From contig CP068257.2 in the NCBI GenBank assembly GCA_009914755.4, positions 26,848,001 to 26,912,000 of the forward strand: a DNA stretch of 64,000 bases, given 5' to 3'. Below the pieces are notes generated by a model. That model had not been told where the DNA came from and ran no database searches. It saw only the letters and a list, made by a program, of their open reading frames with translations. Every line of letters begins with the position of its first letter. Position 1 is the stretch's first letter. A program made the translations under genes and the position numbers. This document shows, piece after piece, positions 1 to 13,100 of this stretch. The DNA comes from the human T2T-CHM13v2.0 reference genome, Homo sapiens.

Positions 1-1226
1 ATTATTCGAAAGAACTCAATTCAAATAGTAAGAGAAGATTAGATTAAATAACGCATTTTAAATGAAAGACTGTGGCTGAAATGATTGACAAGAATCAATC
101 ACATGTCAATTCATGCAGCCAGTCTGTTAAGGTGTCTCTTTGTACATGACAGAATTCCTCCCTAGCAACTATTGGGACTAAAATCAGTTTCAAGATGGCC
201 ACTGTCTTCCCCTCAAAGCTTTATTGTCAAGAGTTTGACCACAGCTCATGTGTGTACTCTACTGTTGAGATTTCATATCCCAGGGAAACCCAGATTCAAT
301 ATTGAAGAAACTTTCTCAGAAAGGCAGAGTTGAACCCAGTATGTGTTATAAAACAAGCTTCCAAGCTGCCAACCTTCCCTTGGCTAAATGTTCTTACATA
401 ACTGTGGGTTTATGACTTGACACCATCTCATTCTATGCTCTCTAGACAATTGGAATAAAGCAGGGAAAATTACGTCAGACAAAACCATATGATGTACTTA
501 CTTCATATGTCATAGTGTTAAAGTAGACATCCCACTCTAAATGGACTCTTCAGAGCAGCCTGGAACATCACCACCTCCCCTTCATTATACTGTGCAGTGC
601 ACCATTATTATTAAGCCAGTTTGTTCTCTTTGCCTCCCTTCCTGTTTCCCTCCCTCCCTTTTCGTGAAGCAAAATTATACACGTAACACTTTCACAAATG
701 TTAAAAACAGAGCTATGGGTTTTGTGATTTTTCTGGCATTGCTTCATACCACCAATCATTCCTTCTCTCCAAACTTGATGAAATCATAATGATTCATAAG
801 CTTTGGTTGGAATGGTTGTATGATATACTCTTGTAGAGGCAATAAGCCTATTACATTACTCAGATAAATCGGTTTAAAAATAATAGAATAGTTGCACCCT
901 TAAGTAAATCTAATGTGTCAGAGGCTCATACAAAATTTTGGTCATATTTGACATAATTAAAATTAAGCCAGCATGAATGCATTGAGCTTAAGAAGTAACA
1001 GTCTCTCTGTCCCTGGAGGTGAACAAGAAGAATTAGATGAGGAATCTATCAAGCCTGTTTTGAATAAGAGGTGACACTCTAAACTTGGCATCCTCAAATT
1101 TCATGAAGCCCAGATTCTAACACAGAGAATAAAACAACTAGAAAGAAAGATTGAAAGGTGAGAAATCCGAAGTAAAATAATTTAATTTTAAGGGGTCAGA
1201 TTAAAAAAATGCATATCAAAGGATCA

Positions 1227-1584
<358 letters not shown>

Positions 1585-1905
1585 TTATATTCTGAGGTGA
1601 AAGAAAACTTAGAAGTTACATAATTCAGTCCTTACATTGCACAGATAGAAAACTCAAGCAAGGCAAACACAATGTCTTACCTGAGGACATCAGTTATGAG
1701 TAAGAACAGAGATGCAACCCAGAGCATGCCAATCCCAGTATAATTCACTCTCTACCACATGAAGGAAGATTCCCACACATCGATAAAGTTTTCCAAACAT
1801 CATGGACAGATGGCACAGTTATAGAAAGGTAATGATTATTCAGTTTCATGAATGCTATCAGCATCTTTCTATTTAATTGGAAATGTCCTAAAATTTATTA
1901 ATTAA

Positions 1906-2334
<429 letters not shown>

Positions 2335-4544
2335 TGAACACCATTTTTTGTCATCCACCAAAAAGTGAAACAGAAAAACATGTTGTTTTCACTATGTCGA
2401 GATGGTGCCACCAACAAAAGGAATCACAATTCCGGTTTCTTCCTAACAACACTCAGTGTCTACTGTTGATTATTCATTACTTGGCACAAAAGAAACATGC
2501 AACATTTCTTCTCACTCTCAAGAATAAATAGCTTTGAGCAGAGAACACAGTGTATCGTACAAAATGTCACTACATTCTAACTGGAAACCATGTGATCCCG
2601 ACATTTGCTGCTGTCCCATCGTCTCTTTGCTAGTGCCATGTCCAAAATTTACAATCTGCGGAGAATATTTAGAGTCCAGAAATTTATTCCAGTGACACTC
2701 TGGTGGTGAGATTCTAGAGTTCTCACAAAACGAAATTTGTCATCATTGGAAAGCTTGCCAGCACCCAGAATGCAAGTATCCATGCAACTATGAGAAGGAA
2801 CATAGGGTTGGTCATAGGGCAGCAAGGACAAGATCCTAGGAATGTAAGAACTACAAAAATAAACGAAACCCATAATCTATCTGCCTACATACCACCCTTC
2901 TCACTGTAGCACCAAATAGAGTAAGAGAATTGTGAATAAGGAGATGAGTAAACTTGGCACAAGTAAACATTTGATTCTTGCCCTTCTCACTGCTTGATGC
3001 CCAGGCCAGTTGGCCAAGCTCAGAAATATTTCCTTCTGCACCTACCATTTTGCCCATCTTTTGTTCCTTTTCCTACAGAGCAGCAGATCTCCTTGTTAGG
3101 AGAAGGAATTCCCTTAGGAGACTTCATCTGAAAACACAAGTGGCTTGGGGTGACGCTTAGCATGCTCACCCAGCCAGAGGCATTTTATATCTTAAAATGA
3201 GAACTTGTTGATCTATAGGAATGAATTGCTAATGCTGAGATTTTGGCTGCACATCTTGGGGTTCAAAAGGCCTCTCAGCACTTTGTAAATTTTGTTAGAT
3301 GAGCTTCCACTCTTAGCTCTAGCGTGGAGCCAAAAAGTAGAAATCTCACGACTTTAGATTCAGGACACTGTGGGGCTGGTTCTGGTTCCTCAGAGTGAAA
3401 GTCAAGCAAATCACCACCTCTCCTTCATTTAAGAAATAAGATTCATCTAAGAAATAAGATTTAGAATACCTACCTGAAAACCCATTCTTGGAGATTGTTA
3501 GGCTAATATGTATGTATTTTTAAAACATTAAAGTTATCAAAAATTATTATTTTTTTCACGGATGTCAATCATAAGACAAATACCTCCTAATGATTCCAGC
3601 TTTTCAGAGGATTCTTCTAAAGTCGGTGTTGGCAAACTTTTTTCTGCAAAAATCACTTTGGATTTGCAGACTAGTCTCTGTAAACTATAAAACTTCTGTT
3701 GTAAGGAGAAAGCAGCCATAGGCAATATGTAATGGAATAAGCTTGGCTACATTTGGCCCACAGGTCCTAGATTGCCAATCCCTGATCTGTAGAACAAACT
3801 ACCAAAATAGGGATATACATTCATTAGAACTACGGAGCAGCTGAGACATCTATTTTGAAACTAGTCATTCATTTTTTCCACCTATTAGAACAAAAAATAT
3901 ACCTCCCAGTACCTGTTTCCTTGACTTAACCCTAGCTACCACACAAACTGGTTGCCCAACAAGCAGCCCATAAAACAAACAGTACAAATAATATATATTC
4001 TTAAATGAATGCCATATATTCTCCACCCCATGATCCTACAAGATTGCTGGCAGGCTCGAGTGGTGCCAAAATGCCCGTGGTAGACCTGCTGGAGAAATGG
4101 CTTCCTCATTGACTCCCTTCGCATCCTCTCTCAGGTTCAGTGCCCTCATAGATTTGGACAAAGTGTGATAGAATTGGTTGTCATAGTAGCTGAGTGTTTC
4201 TCCAGATTTTCTCTGGAAGCGTAAGCCAGGATTCTCAGGAGTGCTGTTTGTTTCCTTGACTTGGGAGGAGGGATTTTCCCTCCCTCATGCCTAGGCATCA
4301 GTCTGCACACCCCCAGGCTTACGCACAGCATCCAACATGTGGGTGAAAGGAGGCTGAGAGTGGGAGGACATGGAATCTGAGCAATGAACTGTGTCGCCTC
4401 GAGCTGCTCTCTTTGTTGGCATTCAGTGGGAAGGCTGATGCTAGGAGGGGCAACTTCATCAAAATATTGCATGCTCCTCTAAGGGCAGGGGCAGGGGCTA
4501 TATCCCTAGGAGCTAGGTTAGTGACTGGCTCAATACATATTTGC

Positions 4545-4590
4545 TGAATGAATGAATAATGGAAAGAAGCAATCAATCAATCAATGAACA
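4545..4590. repeat. Compound microsatellite (GAAT)n...(AATC)n
   Basis: tgaatgaatgaat followed by caatcaatcaatcaatgaac. Confidence 0.7.
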
Positions 4591-6442
4591 AATGCAGGAA
4601 TAGTCCAGACTCAGAGAGACAGTGAGTTGAATACCTTGAAGGGCATTTTTGTTATGCATAGGCATGATTTTTGACAGACTAATTCAACACATCTGCTTGT
4701 TGGTTTGCTGTTTGGGAATGAGATTTTGAAAAAGGCTGAGTATAAGAGATAGTATGAATTATACTCTCTTTCTGTGATTATTCTCTCTGTGATTGCACTA
4801 TTAACCCAAGCCAATAAATAGTAACCTTCTAATTTATTCATTATTCCTACTGTTGAAATTATGACAAGACTCCAACATAACAGCTTCTCTCTATCATCAT
4901 TTTGGACAAGCTGAACATTCTTTAGAAGCATATGGGTATGTGAGTGTGGGCCTGTGGTGCGTGGTGTTGGGGAAGGATCCTGGAGGCCTGGAAAAAGTAA
5001 TACTCTCAAACTCAAAAAGCAAATTGCACCTATTTCAGCAAATTGGAAATTGATGGTGTGTAACTCTGAAGGCCCAGCAGTAGCTATTATTTCCATCCAG
5101 GCTATTATTAACTGGTAATATTTTCTCTAGTAAACATTCAATTACTATAGCAACAGGAGCCATGTCACATGGACCAAAAAGCTCCCTGACTTTGCCAGAG
5201 AAATGGATGGTGTTTCGAAGGCATTTTAGAAAATGGAAAGAGGCCTGCCAAAGACGATATTTTTTAAGTACTACACTGAATTTTTACTTGAGATAAAAGA
5301 AAGAAGAAAACTCTGATAAAGTGGAAACTGAAGACTTCTTATAACCCCTGCTTCTATATACTGTATCTAGTGTCTTCCCAGCAAGCATAGAAGTTCCTTT
5401 CCTCCCATCTAAGCCAAATGCTCCACTGTGTTCTCAGTGAGATCCCATGCCTCCATTGCAGGTACTGATTCACAATGCCAAGTATGACTTCTAAATCCTC
5501 TAGCTTCAATTTCTTCCCCCTCTACATCTCCCCAACAATACACATCTGTATTGATATGCAGCATGCATATAAACAAATAAACAAATCATAAGAATACATA
5601 CAGCTCAATAAACTATTTCAAAGTAAACGCACCTATGTAACCAGTACATGGTTAAAAAATTGAGTGTGACAACACACAGAAAGTCTTCCTATAGCCTATA
5701 TAATAGTCTTCTCACACTAAAGGAAACCACTATGAATTAGTTTTCTTTGTGTATGAAATGTATATAAATAGACTTGTATAGTCTGTACTTAGTCTAGCTT
5801 CATCCATCCAAAGATTTAGTCAATAGAATCATCCATGTCATTGCACGCAATAGAAGGCAGTTGTTTCATTGCTGTGTTAGCTTCCTAGGGCTTCTGTCAT
5901 AGTTCTGCAAACTGAGTGGCTTACAAAACAGAGATGTATTTTCTTACAGTTCTAAACCTTCAATTACCATATCAACAGGAGTCACCTTGGTAGCTAGAGG
6001 TCTGAGATCAGGCTGTCAGCAGAGTGGGTTTCTTCTGAGGGGTAATGATGTTAAGAGCACTACATGATCAACTTTTCTAAAGTCTCCATGTCCCAGTTTT
6101 CCCATCTCTAAAATTGGAGATCATAATATCTCCTCAGCAGATAGCTTTGCAACTGCTTTTAGGAGTAAATGAGATTATCCGTGTCTGGCACACATTAATA
6201 AAACAAATAATTATTGTTGCTGTTATTATGTTGTCATTACAATTTTTTAACAAGGCCCCATCTCAGGTACCAAATGCAAAATACCAGCAGTTTATAAGAA
6301 GCCAATTATAAAGTGCTGAAATTAAAAATCACATTGCAGTATCACGGAAAACAATAATCCTTAAGTTGTAGGCCACAAGCAAACACTAAATGTTTTTGTT
6401 CCTTTTTATATCAACCTGTCCTTTAAGAAAAAGGCTAAGAAC

Positions 6443-6806
<364 letters not shown>

Positions 6807-7460
6807 TTATTATGTTGCTTTCGCAACTGAAGAAACTGGGTCACATGGAAGTTCAGTGATTTGAGTGTCAATTTGGAGTCTGTGGAAGATCAGCTGCTAC
6901 TAGAATCCATTCTTTCCCTACAAGTGTGGTTCACAGATCTAAAGTAAACTGACTTTACTCCTTTCTTTGATGATTATACACAGCTTGATTGGAAAGTTAC
7001 ACTATAATTTCACAGTGATTACATGCCCTTGAATATCATTTTGTAAGTAAATGTTTTGAAACCAAACATAATCACTGTTATACAACCATAACCCTTTTTC
7101 TTATGCCATATTCTCCACCAAGAATTTAACCAAGCTAAAGTTACACTTCAGACTCTGAGTAGCTGGCTCTGGGCTCTACTCTGTGTTTCTGGAACTCCAA
7201 TTCCACTGGGCTATCTGGAGATGAATTACTGCTCTTTGGCTTCGGGGATAACCTTTATCCTTTCAACTGCAGGGCACGTACACAAAAAGCTGCACTGTGC
7301 TGTCAACATGAGTGCTGTCAAATATAGTATGTTAAGATGAATCAGAACAGAGGCTTTGCGTAGTAAGACATTCAAAAGTGAAATAGCCTATCCAGACGCC
7401 TGGAAACATACTCCTACAATCTGGACATCATGAAGCTCCTCCTCTCTTTTAAGAAATTTC

Positions 7461-7700
7461 CTCCAGCCTGGGCGACATAGCAAGAATGTCTACAAAAAAA
7501 CAAACAAACAAAATCAGCCAGGCATGGTGGTACATGTCTGTACTCCCAGCTACTTGGGGGGCTGAGGCAGGAGCATCACTTGAGCCCAGGAGTTCGAGCT
7601 TACAGTAAGTCATCATCACGAGCCATGGCACTTCAGCCTGGGAGACAGAGTCTCACTCTGTCTCAAAAAATAAATAAGTAAAAATAAATAAATAAATAAA
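7461..7700 (+). mobile_element. 5'-truncated AluJ-like SINE with (AAAT)n tail
   Basis: ccagcctgggcgacatagcaagaatgtctacaaaaa (left-monomer end, AluJ-like 'catagcaaga'), then right monomer cagccaggcatggtggtacatgtctgtactcccagctac...cagcctgggagacagagtctcactctgtctc and an aaataaataa tail. Confidence 0.85.
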
Positions 7701-9892
7701 CTTCCTAATTGCTTGGCCAGTTTGTCTCCAGAAACTCCAGAAAGTTGTCTCCAAATTCAAGTGTTCTCCACTCTAGGTTAGTAACTCAGAGATACCCCTA
7801 CCTAGTAACTCTTGAGGGCAGCTCATAACCTTGGCATTCCTTAGTTCTCTATTTGACCAATAAAGCAATAAACCACAGTATTAATTCCCTTTTTCTAGAT
7901 TATCTACAGTTCCTGCATTTTCAAATCTGTTGAAATTTTTATAAAGAATGATAAAAATTTGCCCATGTATAGACCTATTCCCACTCTCATCTCAGGGCCA
8001 TGATTTCCTTGTGGCACCCTCTCGTACCCAATTCTAACCTGTCTTGGAGGGTCAATCACGGTGTTTGCTTTTATAGACCAGGAATGGATGTGTAAACCAC
8101 AATAAATTAATCAGAGTCTTTTGGGATTTGGGAATTTGGAGAAGAACAGAAGCTCTGGTAAAAACACAACTTAATTATTTTAACTGCTATTAACTAAACA
8201 GATCTTTCAATCTGAATTTCCCGGAGCTAGCCTGGTTCCTAGCCTCTTTCAAACCATAATCTCCAGATTTCCCGTCTGTGACCTATTTAGTACTCTGCAG
8301 TAATCAGTTGTGTTACTTTTATCTAAATAAATTGGATCAATACTGAGTCTCTCTCTTTTTCCCTGAAATGTCTGTAAGCACAGCTAGGAAGAAGTTTTTA
8401 CACCACCACCAAGTGCTACTCTACGTAAGTTCCCTCAGTACATAGAGACATTTATACAAATTAGATCCTAAGAACAGACTTCAGGGCCTATGGCTTATCA
8501 TGTTGCAATGAATTCTAATAACAACCTCCAATAATGACTGCTACGTTTTAGAAAAAGAACTGCGTATCAAACAAATCTATCTGCAGATCAACATATAAAC
8601 TCAGAACATATCTGCATCCATATTCCTTTATGCATTGAGTCACTCAGTCTGGATACCTGAGGACTTTAAGTACTTAACAATGGTGAGAATGTGTTTTTCC
8701 CTCATAAGTAAGTCACAATAAAATGCGATTTACTTTTAACATAACTAGCCAGAAACTTAACTCTTAAATGGAGAAATCATCATATTGGGGTTTTGGTGGT
8801 TTTACCTTTGTTCTTTCTGGGGAAAATTCTAGGCTATGAGTTTTTTCTGATATGTGAACTGTGGATGGGGTATACAGTCTGGCAGAAAAGGTCAAATATG
8901 GGTCTTCTCTTGGTATTACTGGTTATTACCCAATTTTTAGGGTCTCCTTCTCTTGTACACTGCAGGAAAAGAGGACCACAGGTATGTTTTTGTTGTTAGC
9001 ATCATAAATTCTTAAATTTGGAAAGGACTACAAAAGTCATGTTATTCTATAAGTCAAGCCATATTGCAATCTTGAGTTTTATTCAAAGTCAAGTTATTTT
9101 GTTCTTCATCGTACATCATAAGCTATATTTATGTCTAAGGTGAAAACTGAGCCAATTAATCAGGTAATATAGGCCTAAAACACAGGTCAAGGAAATACTC
9201 AAAAAGTAAGAGTGATGGGAGCTTTCAGGAATTATGGAGATGACTTCAAATCTTCATTTTACAAAGCACATCAGGGATCACATGCAGAACACAGTAAGTG
9301 AACTGGCCATGTCCTGTCTGAAGTAGGACATAAAGAAAGATGAACAACCAATGTCAGTGGGATGCCATTTGTGTTGTCATTTGTAACAATTAAAACATCA
9401 AGATTTAGCTACAGCTTGTCACTTAACTTAGCATGGACCCCTGTGTCACCTTTTAAATATTTAAGCATAAATTTTACAAAATATAATGGACAAGCCTATG
9501 AGACTGAGTAAATTATTTTTTTCCTCTACATCCAACAGTTTATGGATTTAGTTTAGAAAAAACTGAATAGACTGCTGACAATACTTTATCACTAAAACTT
9601 GTAATATGTTCATGCATTTATTAGAAGTTAAGATTTATATCAGATTAACCTTTGTTTGCCTTTTAGATTGTTTTATCTAACAGGGCTTTAAATTTATGAA
9701 TTCACTTGTATGTTATATTTTATAAGTATATTATTTCTATATCATATTCTTGCATTTTAAATTGTCTTTGAACTAATATTTCTACTTTAATTTTCTTGCG
9801 AATATGATCTAAAGAAGGCATTTAAGGAATTGAAGAAAATATGTCAGAAAGTGCTAACCAAACCATTAAGAAAATTTTATTAGATCAACAGT

Positions 9893-10665
9893 AGAGACCA
9901 CTGTAAAAACTGACAATATAAATTGGAGTTATCTTGCCATACCCTACTAAATTGGAGTTAAGAGGCCAGGGGAGAAAAAAACATTCGGGGCACAAAGCAC
10001 CCGCCCAAAGACTGTCTCTAAAGCCAGCTGCCAAAATGACCTGCTATAACCTTAAAATAAGTTTTACCTTGTAGCTGCTAAAATGAACTGCCATGAATCT
10101 AAGGCTAGTTTTTTTTTTTTGTTATTTCATTTTGTTTTTAATTTTTACTTTTTAATACTGAATTTTTGTGGGTACATATAGTAGCATATATGTTTATGGG
10201 GTACATGAGATGCTCTGATAAAAGCATGCAATGCATAAGAGTCACATCATGGAGAATGAGGCATCCATCCCCTCAAACATTTATCCTTTGTGTTACAAAT
10301 CAGCCAATTATATATACTCTTTTAGTAATTTTTAAGTGCACAATTATGACTAACTGTAGTTACCCTATTGTGTTAGGAAGAATGAATAAGATTTAAGACT
10401 CGTTTTAGCCAGTCACCATTTACACTCTCACTCACCAGTTTGCCAGCTCCCAAAACCTTCTCTAGTGCCAATTAGTTTTCTTTCAAAACAATACACATTT
10501 TTTTCTAATAAAACCCCCAGTCTTTTCCTTGTTCTTCAAACACAGAGAACATCACCCCAGTCTATATGTATGCCTCAAATTGCAATTCTGTTTTCCCAAA
10601 TTAAATCTTTTGTTTAGAGATTCATCTTTATACTTTTATTTGACTCTTTCATACTTGACGTTAGA
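9893..10665 (+). mobile_element. Unclassified LTR-like interspersed repeat, copy A, interrupted by an L1 fragment at 10108-10395
   Basis: About 75-80% identical to copy B (17490-17990) over ~480 bp. Shared blocks: ccataccctact...gggcacaaagcacccgcccaa...tagctgctaaaatgaactgccatga...gccagctcccaaaac...ctagtgccaat...ttctttcaaaacaata...caaattgcaattctgttttcc. Begins tgtaaaaactgac, TG-style like an LTR. Confidence 0.5.
10108..10395 (-). mobile_element. L1 (L1PB/L1MA-type) 3'-terminal fragment in reverse orientation, nested in the LTR-like repeat
   Basis: Poly-T, then tttgtgggtacatatagtagcatatatgtttatggggtacatgagatg...atcatggagaatgaggcatccatcccctcaaacatttatcctttgtgttacaaatcagccaatt. This is the reverse complement of the L1 3'UTR end. 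Confidence 0.75.
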
Positions 10666-10874
10666 AGCAGAGTCTGAAGTAGACTCACCTCAGAGAGATT
10701 AGTAAGCCCTGGAACTGGGTCACATGGTACCCACACTCTGGCCCCTTCCGCCTCCCCACTGCTTCCTCAGGGTACCCCTTTCCCCCCAGTGAGTCTCTCT
10801 TGCATCAAACTCTCATTTTTCTTTCGGTTGAGTTCTTCACGGATTTGTTTAAGAGTCTTTCCCCCATCCTATCT

Positions 10875-10998
10875 ATGAGGCCTTCTGCTTATGAGGGATT
10901 TTCTACCTGCTGGACATAAGGCCTCCTGTTTATGAGGGATTTTGTCCATCCTGGTTATGAGGTCTTCTGTTTAGGAGGGATTATATTCCCCTCCTGTT
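10875..10998. repeat. Imperfect tandem repeat, ~42-bp unit x3
   Basis: Units: atgaggccttctgcttatgagggattttctacctgctggacata / aggcctcctgtttatgagggattttgtccatcctggtt / atgaggtcttctgtttaggagggattatattcccctcctgtt. Confidence 0.75.
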
Positions 10999-11752
10999 AA
11001 AGAAAGCTTGTCTTTCCTGATGAGTACAAACTTTATCTTTCAGTTCATTTGCGCGCTCGGATTTTATTTTGGCTTTGTGTAGTTGGCATTAAACTGAATC
11101 ACCTAAATGAGTTTATTTACAGTTTGGGCTCTCAAGGTTGAAACGCATGGCAAGATAGATTCCCCGTTCTGGAACTCCAGCTGGTGACATGTTATGGGGA
11201 TTATTCAAACAGTTTGTTTTTCTTAGAAATAAACTAAAAGACCATTGCTATAAAATCATACAGTCCAAACAGGGCACATATCTCATTCGGTATCTTAAGG
11301 CTCCAAAATGCATTCAGGACTCAAAGATTACCTTGCTGCAAAATGCTGTCTCAAAGCTAAGTGAGGCTCTTTCCTCCCCAGGCCCTTTCCCTCTCCTTCT
11401 ATACCTCCTCCTCTTTCTCCTTCTCTAAGCTAAACTCTCTTTTTTTCTGAAACTCCTCAGCTATTCTGGCATATTGACTAAGTTAAGTCTGTTGAAAAGT
11501 AGTAGATACCAAAAAAAATTATTTTGACCTTCATGCTGTTTCTTAAAAGCAAAAGATGAAATTCCCAAGTAAAGATACCCTCTCTATACTAGAAAGAAAG
11601 GTGACACTCTTATCTTCAAAAACAAGGAATTGAAACCAAGAGAACACTGTACAGACTTTGTCAGTAAAACTCTTATCTTTTAAGTCTCCTCATGTAATTC
11701 AGTCACATTTTTACAATTAACTGTTCTTTGTCCAACCCAGCTGTATTAGTCT

Positions 11753-12095
11753 GTTCTCATGCTGCTAATAAAGACATATCCAAGACTGGGTAGTTATAAA
11801 GGAAAGAGGTTTAATTGACTCACAGTTCTACATAGCTGGGGAGGCCTCAGGAAACTTACAATCCTGGTGGAAGGGAAAGCAAACACATCCTTCATGTGGC
11901 AGCAGCAAGGAGAAGTGCAGAGCAAAAAGGGAAAAGCCATCAGATCTCCTGAGAACTCACTATCATGAGAACAGGACGGGGAGAACCACCCCCCATGAAT
12001 CAATTATCTCTACCTGGCCCCTGCCACAACACATGGGGATTATGGGAACTATAATTCAAGATGAGATTAGGGTGGACACAGCAAAACCATATCAC
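11753..12095 (-). mobile_element. Solo MaLR LTR (THE1/MST class), reverse orientation
   Basis: tgtattagtctgttctcatgctgctaataaagacatatccaagactgggtagttataaaggaaagaggtttaattgactcacagttc...gggattatgggaactataattcaagatgagattagggtggacacagcaaaaccatatca, the reverse complement of TGATATGGTTTGGCTGTGTCC... Confidence 0.82.
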
Positions 12096-12294
12096 TAGCC
12101 TTCATAGGCTTATTAGGACAAATAAAAAATCTGAAAGTTTAGCTTTATTCATTTTGTCAGAACTATAATTTGGCTCCAACTGTCTTCATATAAGCTAATA
12201 AATTTCTAATACTATATTTTACTCATTACTAATTTTTTTAATGAAAACTGTCATTTCTTCACCTGTATGTTTTTACAATTTTTAAATTATATAG

Positions 12295-12360
12295 AAAGAT
12301 AGATGATAGATAGATAGATAGACAGATAGATAATAGATGGATAGACAGAGAGATAGATGA
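12295..12360. repeat. (GATA)n microsatellite, imperfect
   Basis: agatgatagatagatagatagacagatagataatagatggatagacagagagatagatga. Confidence 0.85.
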
Positions 12361-12548
12361 CATTTTATTACCAAATTATTTCAAAGAGCTCTATTAAAGG
12401 GAAAAATAAGTCCTTAAATGAAGTACATTAGAAATATAAAAATTAACCCAAATGTCTTTTAGGTCATATGATATAAGTAAATTTTTGATAAACATGCTGA
12501 TTTTAAATATATTGATAAAATTAAAATGAAGATTTCTAAGAATTCTTA

Positions 12549-12797
12549 GTGTGTGTATACATATATATGTATATATACACACTAACTAGTGTATATATAC
12601 ACTAATTGTTAGTGTGTGTTTATGTATATAGTGTGTGTATATATACACTAATTGTTAGTGTGTGTATGTATATAGTGTGTGTGTATATATACACTAATTG
12701 TTAGTGTGTGTGTATGTATATAATGTGTGTGTATATATGTATATATATACACTAATTGTTAATGTGTGTGTATGTATATAGTGTGTGTGTATATATA
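12549..12797. repeat. Minisatellite, ~45-50-bp unit x ~5, built from (TG)n/(TA)n blocks plus a conserved cactaattgttagtg core
   Basis: Recurring gtgtgtgtatatatacactaattgttagtgtgtgtatgtatatagtgtgt units, five occurrences of 'cactaattgtta'. Confidence 0.85.
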
Positions 12798-12840
12798 GCC
12801 TGGATTTGCTGGCCAGACAGGGTTATGTTTGTCTCTGCTA

Positions 12841-13100
12841 TTTTTTTTATCATACTTTAAGTTTTAGGGTACATGTGCACAACGTGCAGGTTTGTTACCT
12901 ATGTATACATGTGCCATGTTGGTGTGCTGCACCCATTAACTCGTCATTTAACATTAGGTATATCTCCTAATGCTATCTCTCCCACCTCCCCCGACCCCCC
13001 AGCAGGCCCCGGTGTGTGATGTTCCCCTTCCTGTGTCCTTGTGTTATCATTGTTCAATTCCCACCTATGAGTGAGAACATGCAGTGTTTGGTTTTTTGTG
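12841..13100 (-). mobile_element. L1PA-type (young primate L1) 3'-end fragment, reverse orientation
   Basis: tttttttt-atcatactttaagttttagggtacatgtgcacaacgtgcaggtttgttacctatgtatacatgtgccatgttggtgtgctgcacccattaactcgtcatttaacattaggtatatctcctaatgctatc...cacctatgagtgagaacatgcagtgtttggttttttgt. This is the reverse complement of the L1PA 3'UTR and poly-A. Confidence 0.88.

Noticed and set aside
4440-4500. The G-rich run gggcaggggcaggggc as a G-quadruplex or regulatory element.
   Set aside because: It has only three G-tracts and no flanking CpG island or conserved context. It is too weak to call.
4611-5096. The longest ORF in the track (161 aa, minus strand).
   Set aside because: It has no recognisable domain or family, and the region carries no splice or promoter signals I can support. 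At ~64 kb of six-frame random AT-rich sequence, a 160-aa ORF is expected by chance. I do not call it a CDS.
10665-10760. A primer-binding site downstream of LTR-like copy A, which would support the provirus hypothesis.
   Set aside because: I scanned for the common tRNA-complementary 18-mers (Pro, Lys, His, Phe, Trp, Glu and Arg types, each beginning TGG) and found none. The provirus idea therefore stays low-confidence and is reported only as a hypothesis.
11040-11070. The short CpG cluster (ttgcgcgctcgg) as a possible CpG island or promoter.
   Set aside because: It is a single ~10-bp cluster in AT-rich DNA and is far below CpG-island criteria.
12549-12797. A CRISPR-like appearance of the regularly spaced 'cactaattgttagtg' cores.
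   Set aside because: The spacers are themselves simple (TG)n/(TA)n tracts and the unit is degenerate, which is a classic eukaryotic minisatellite. The context is human DNA.
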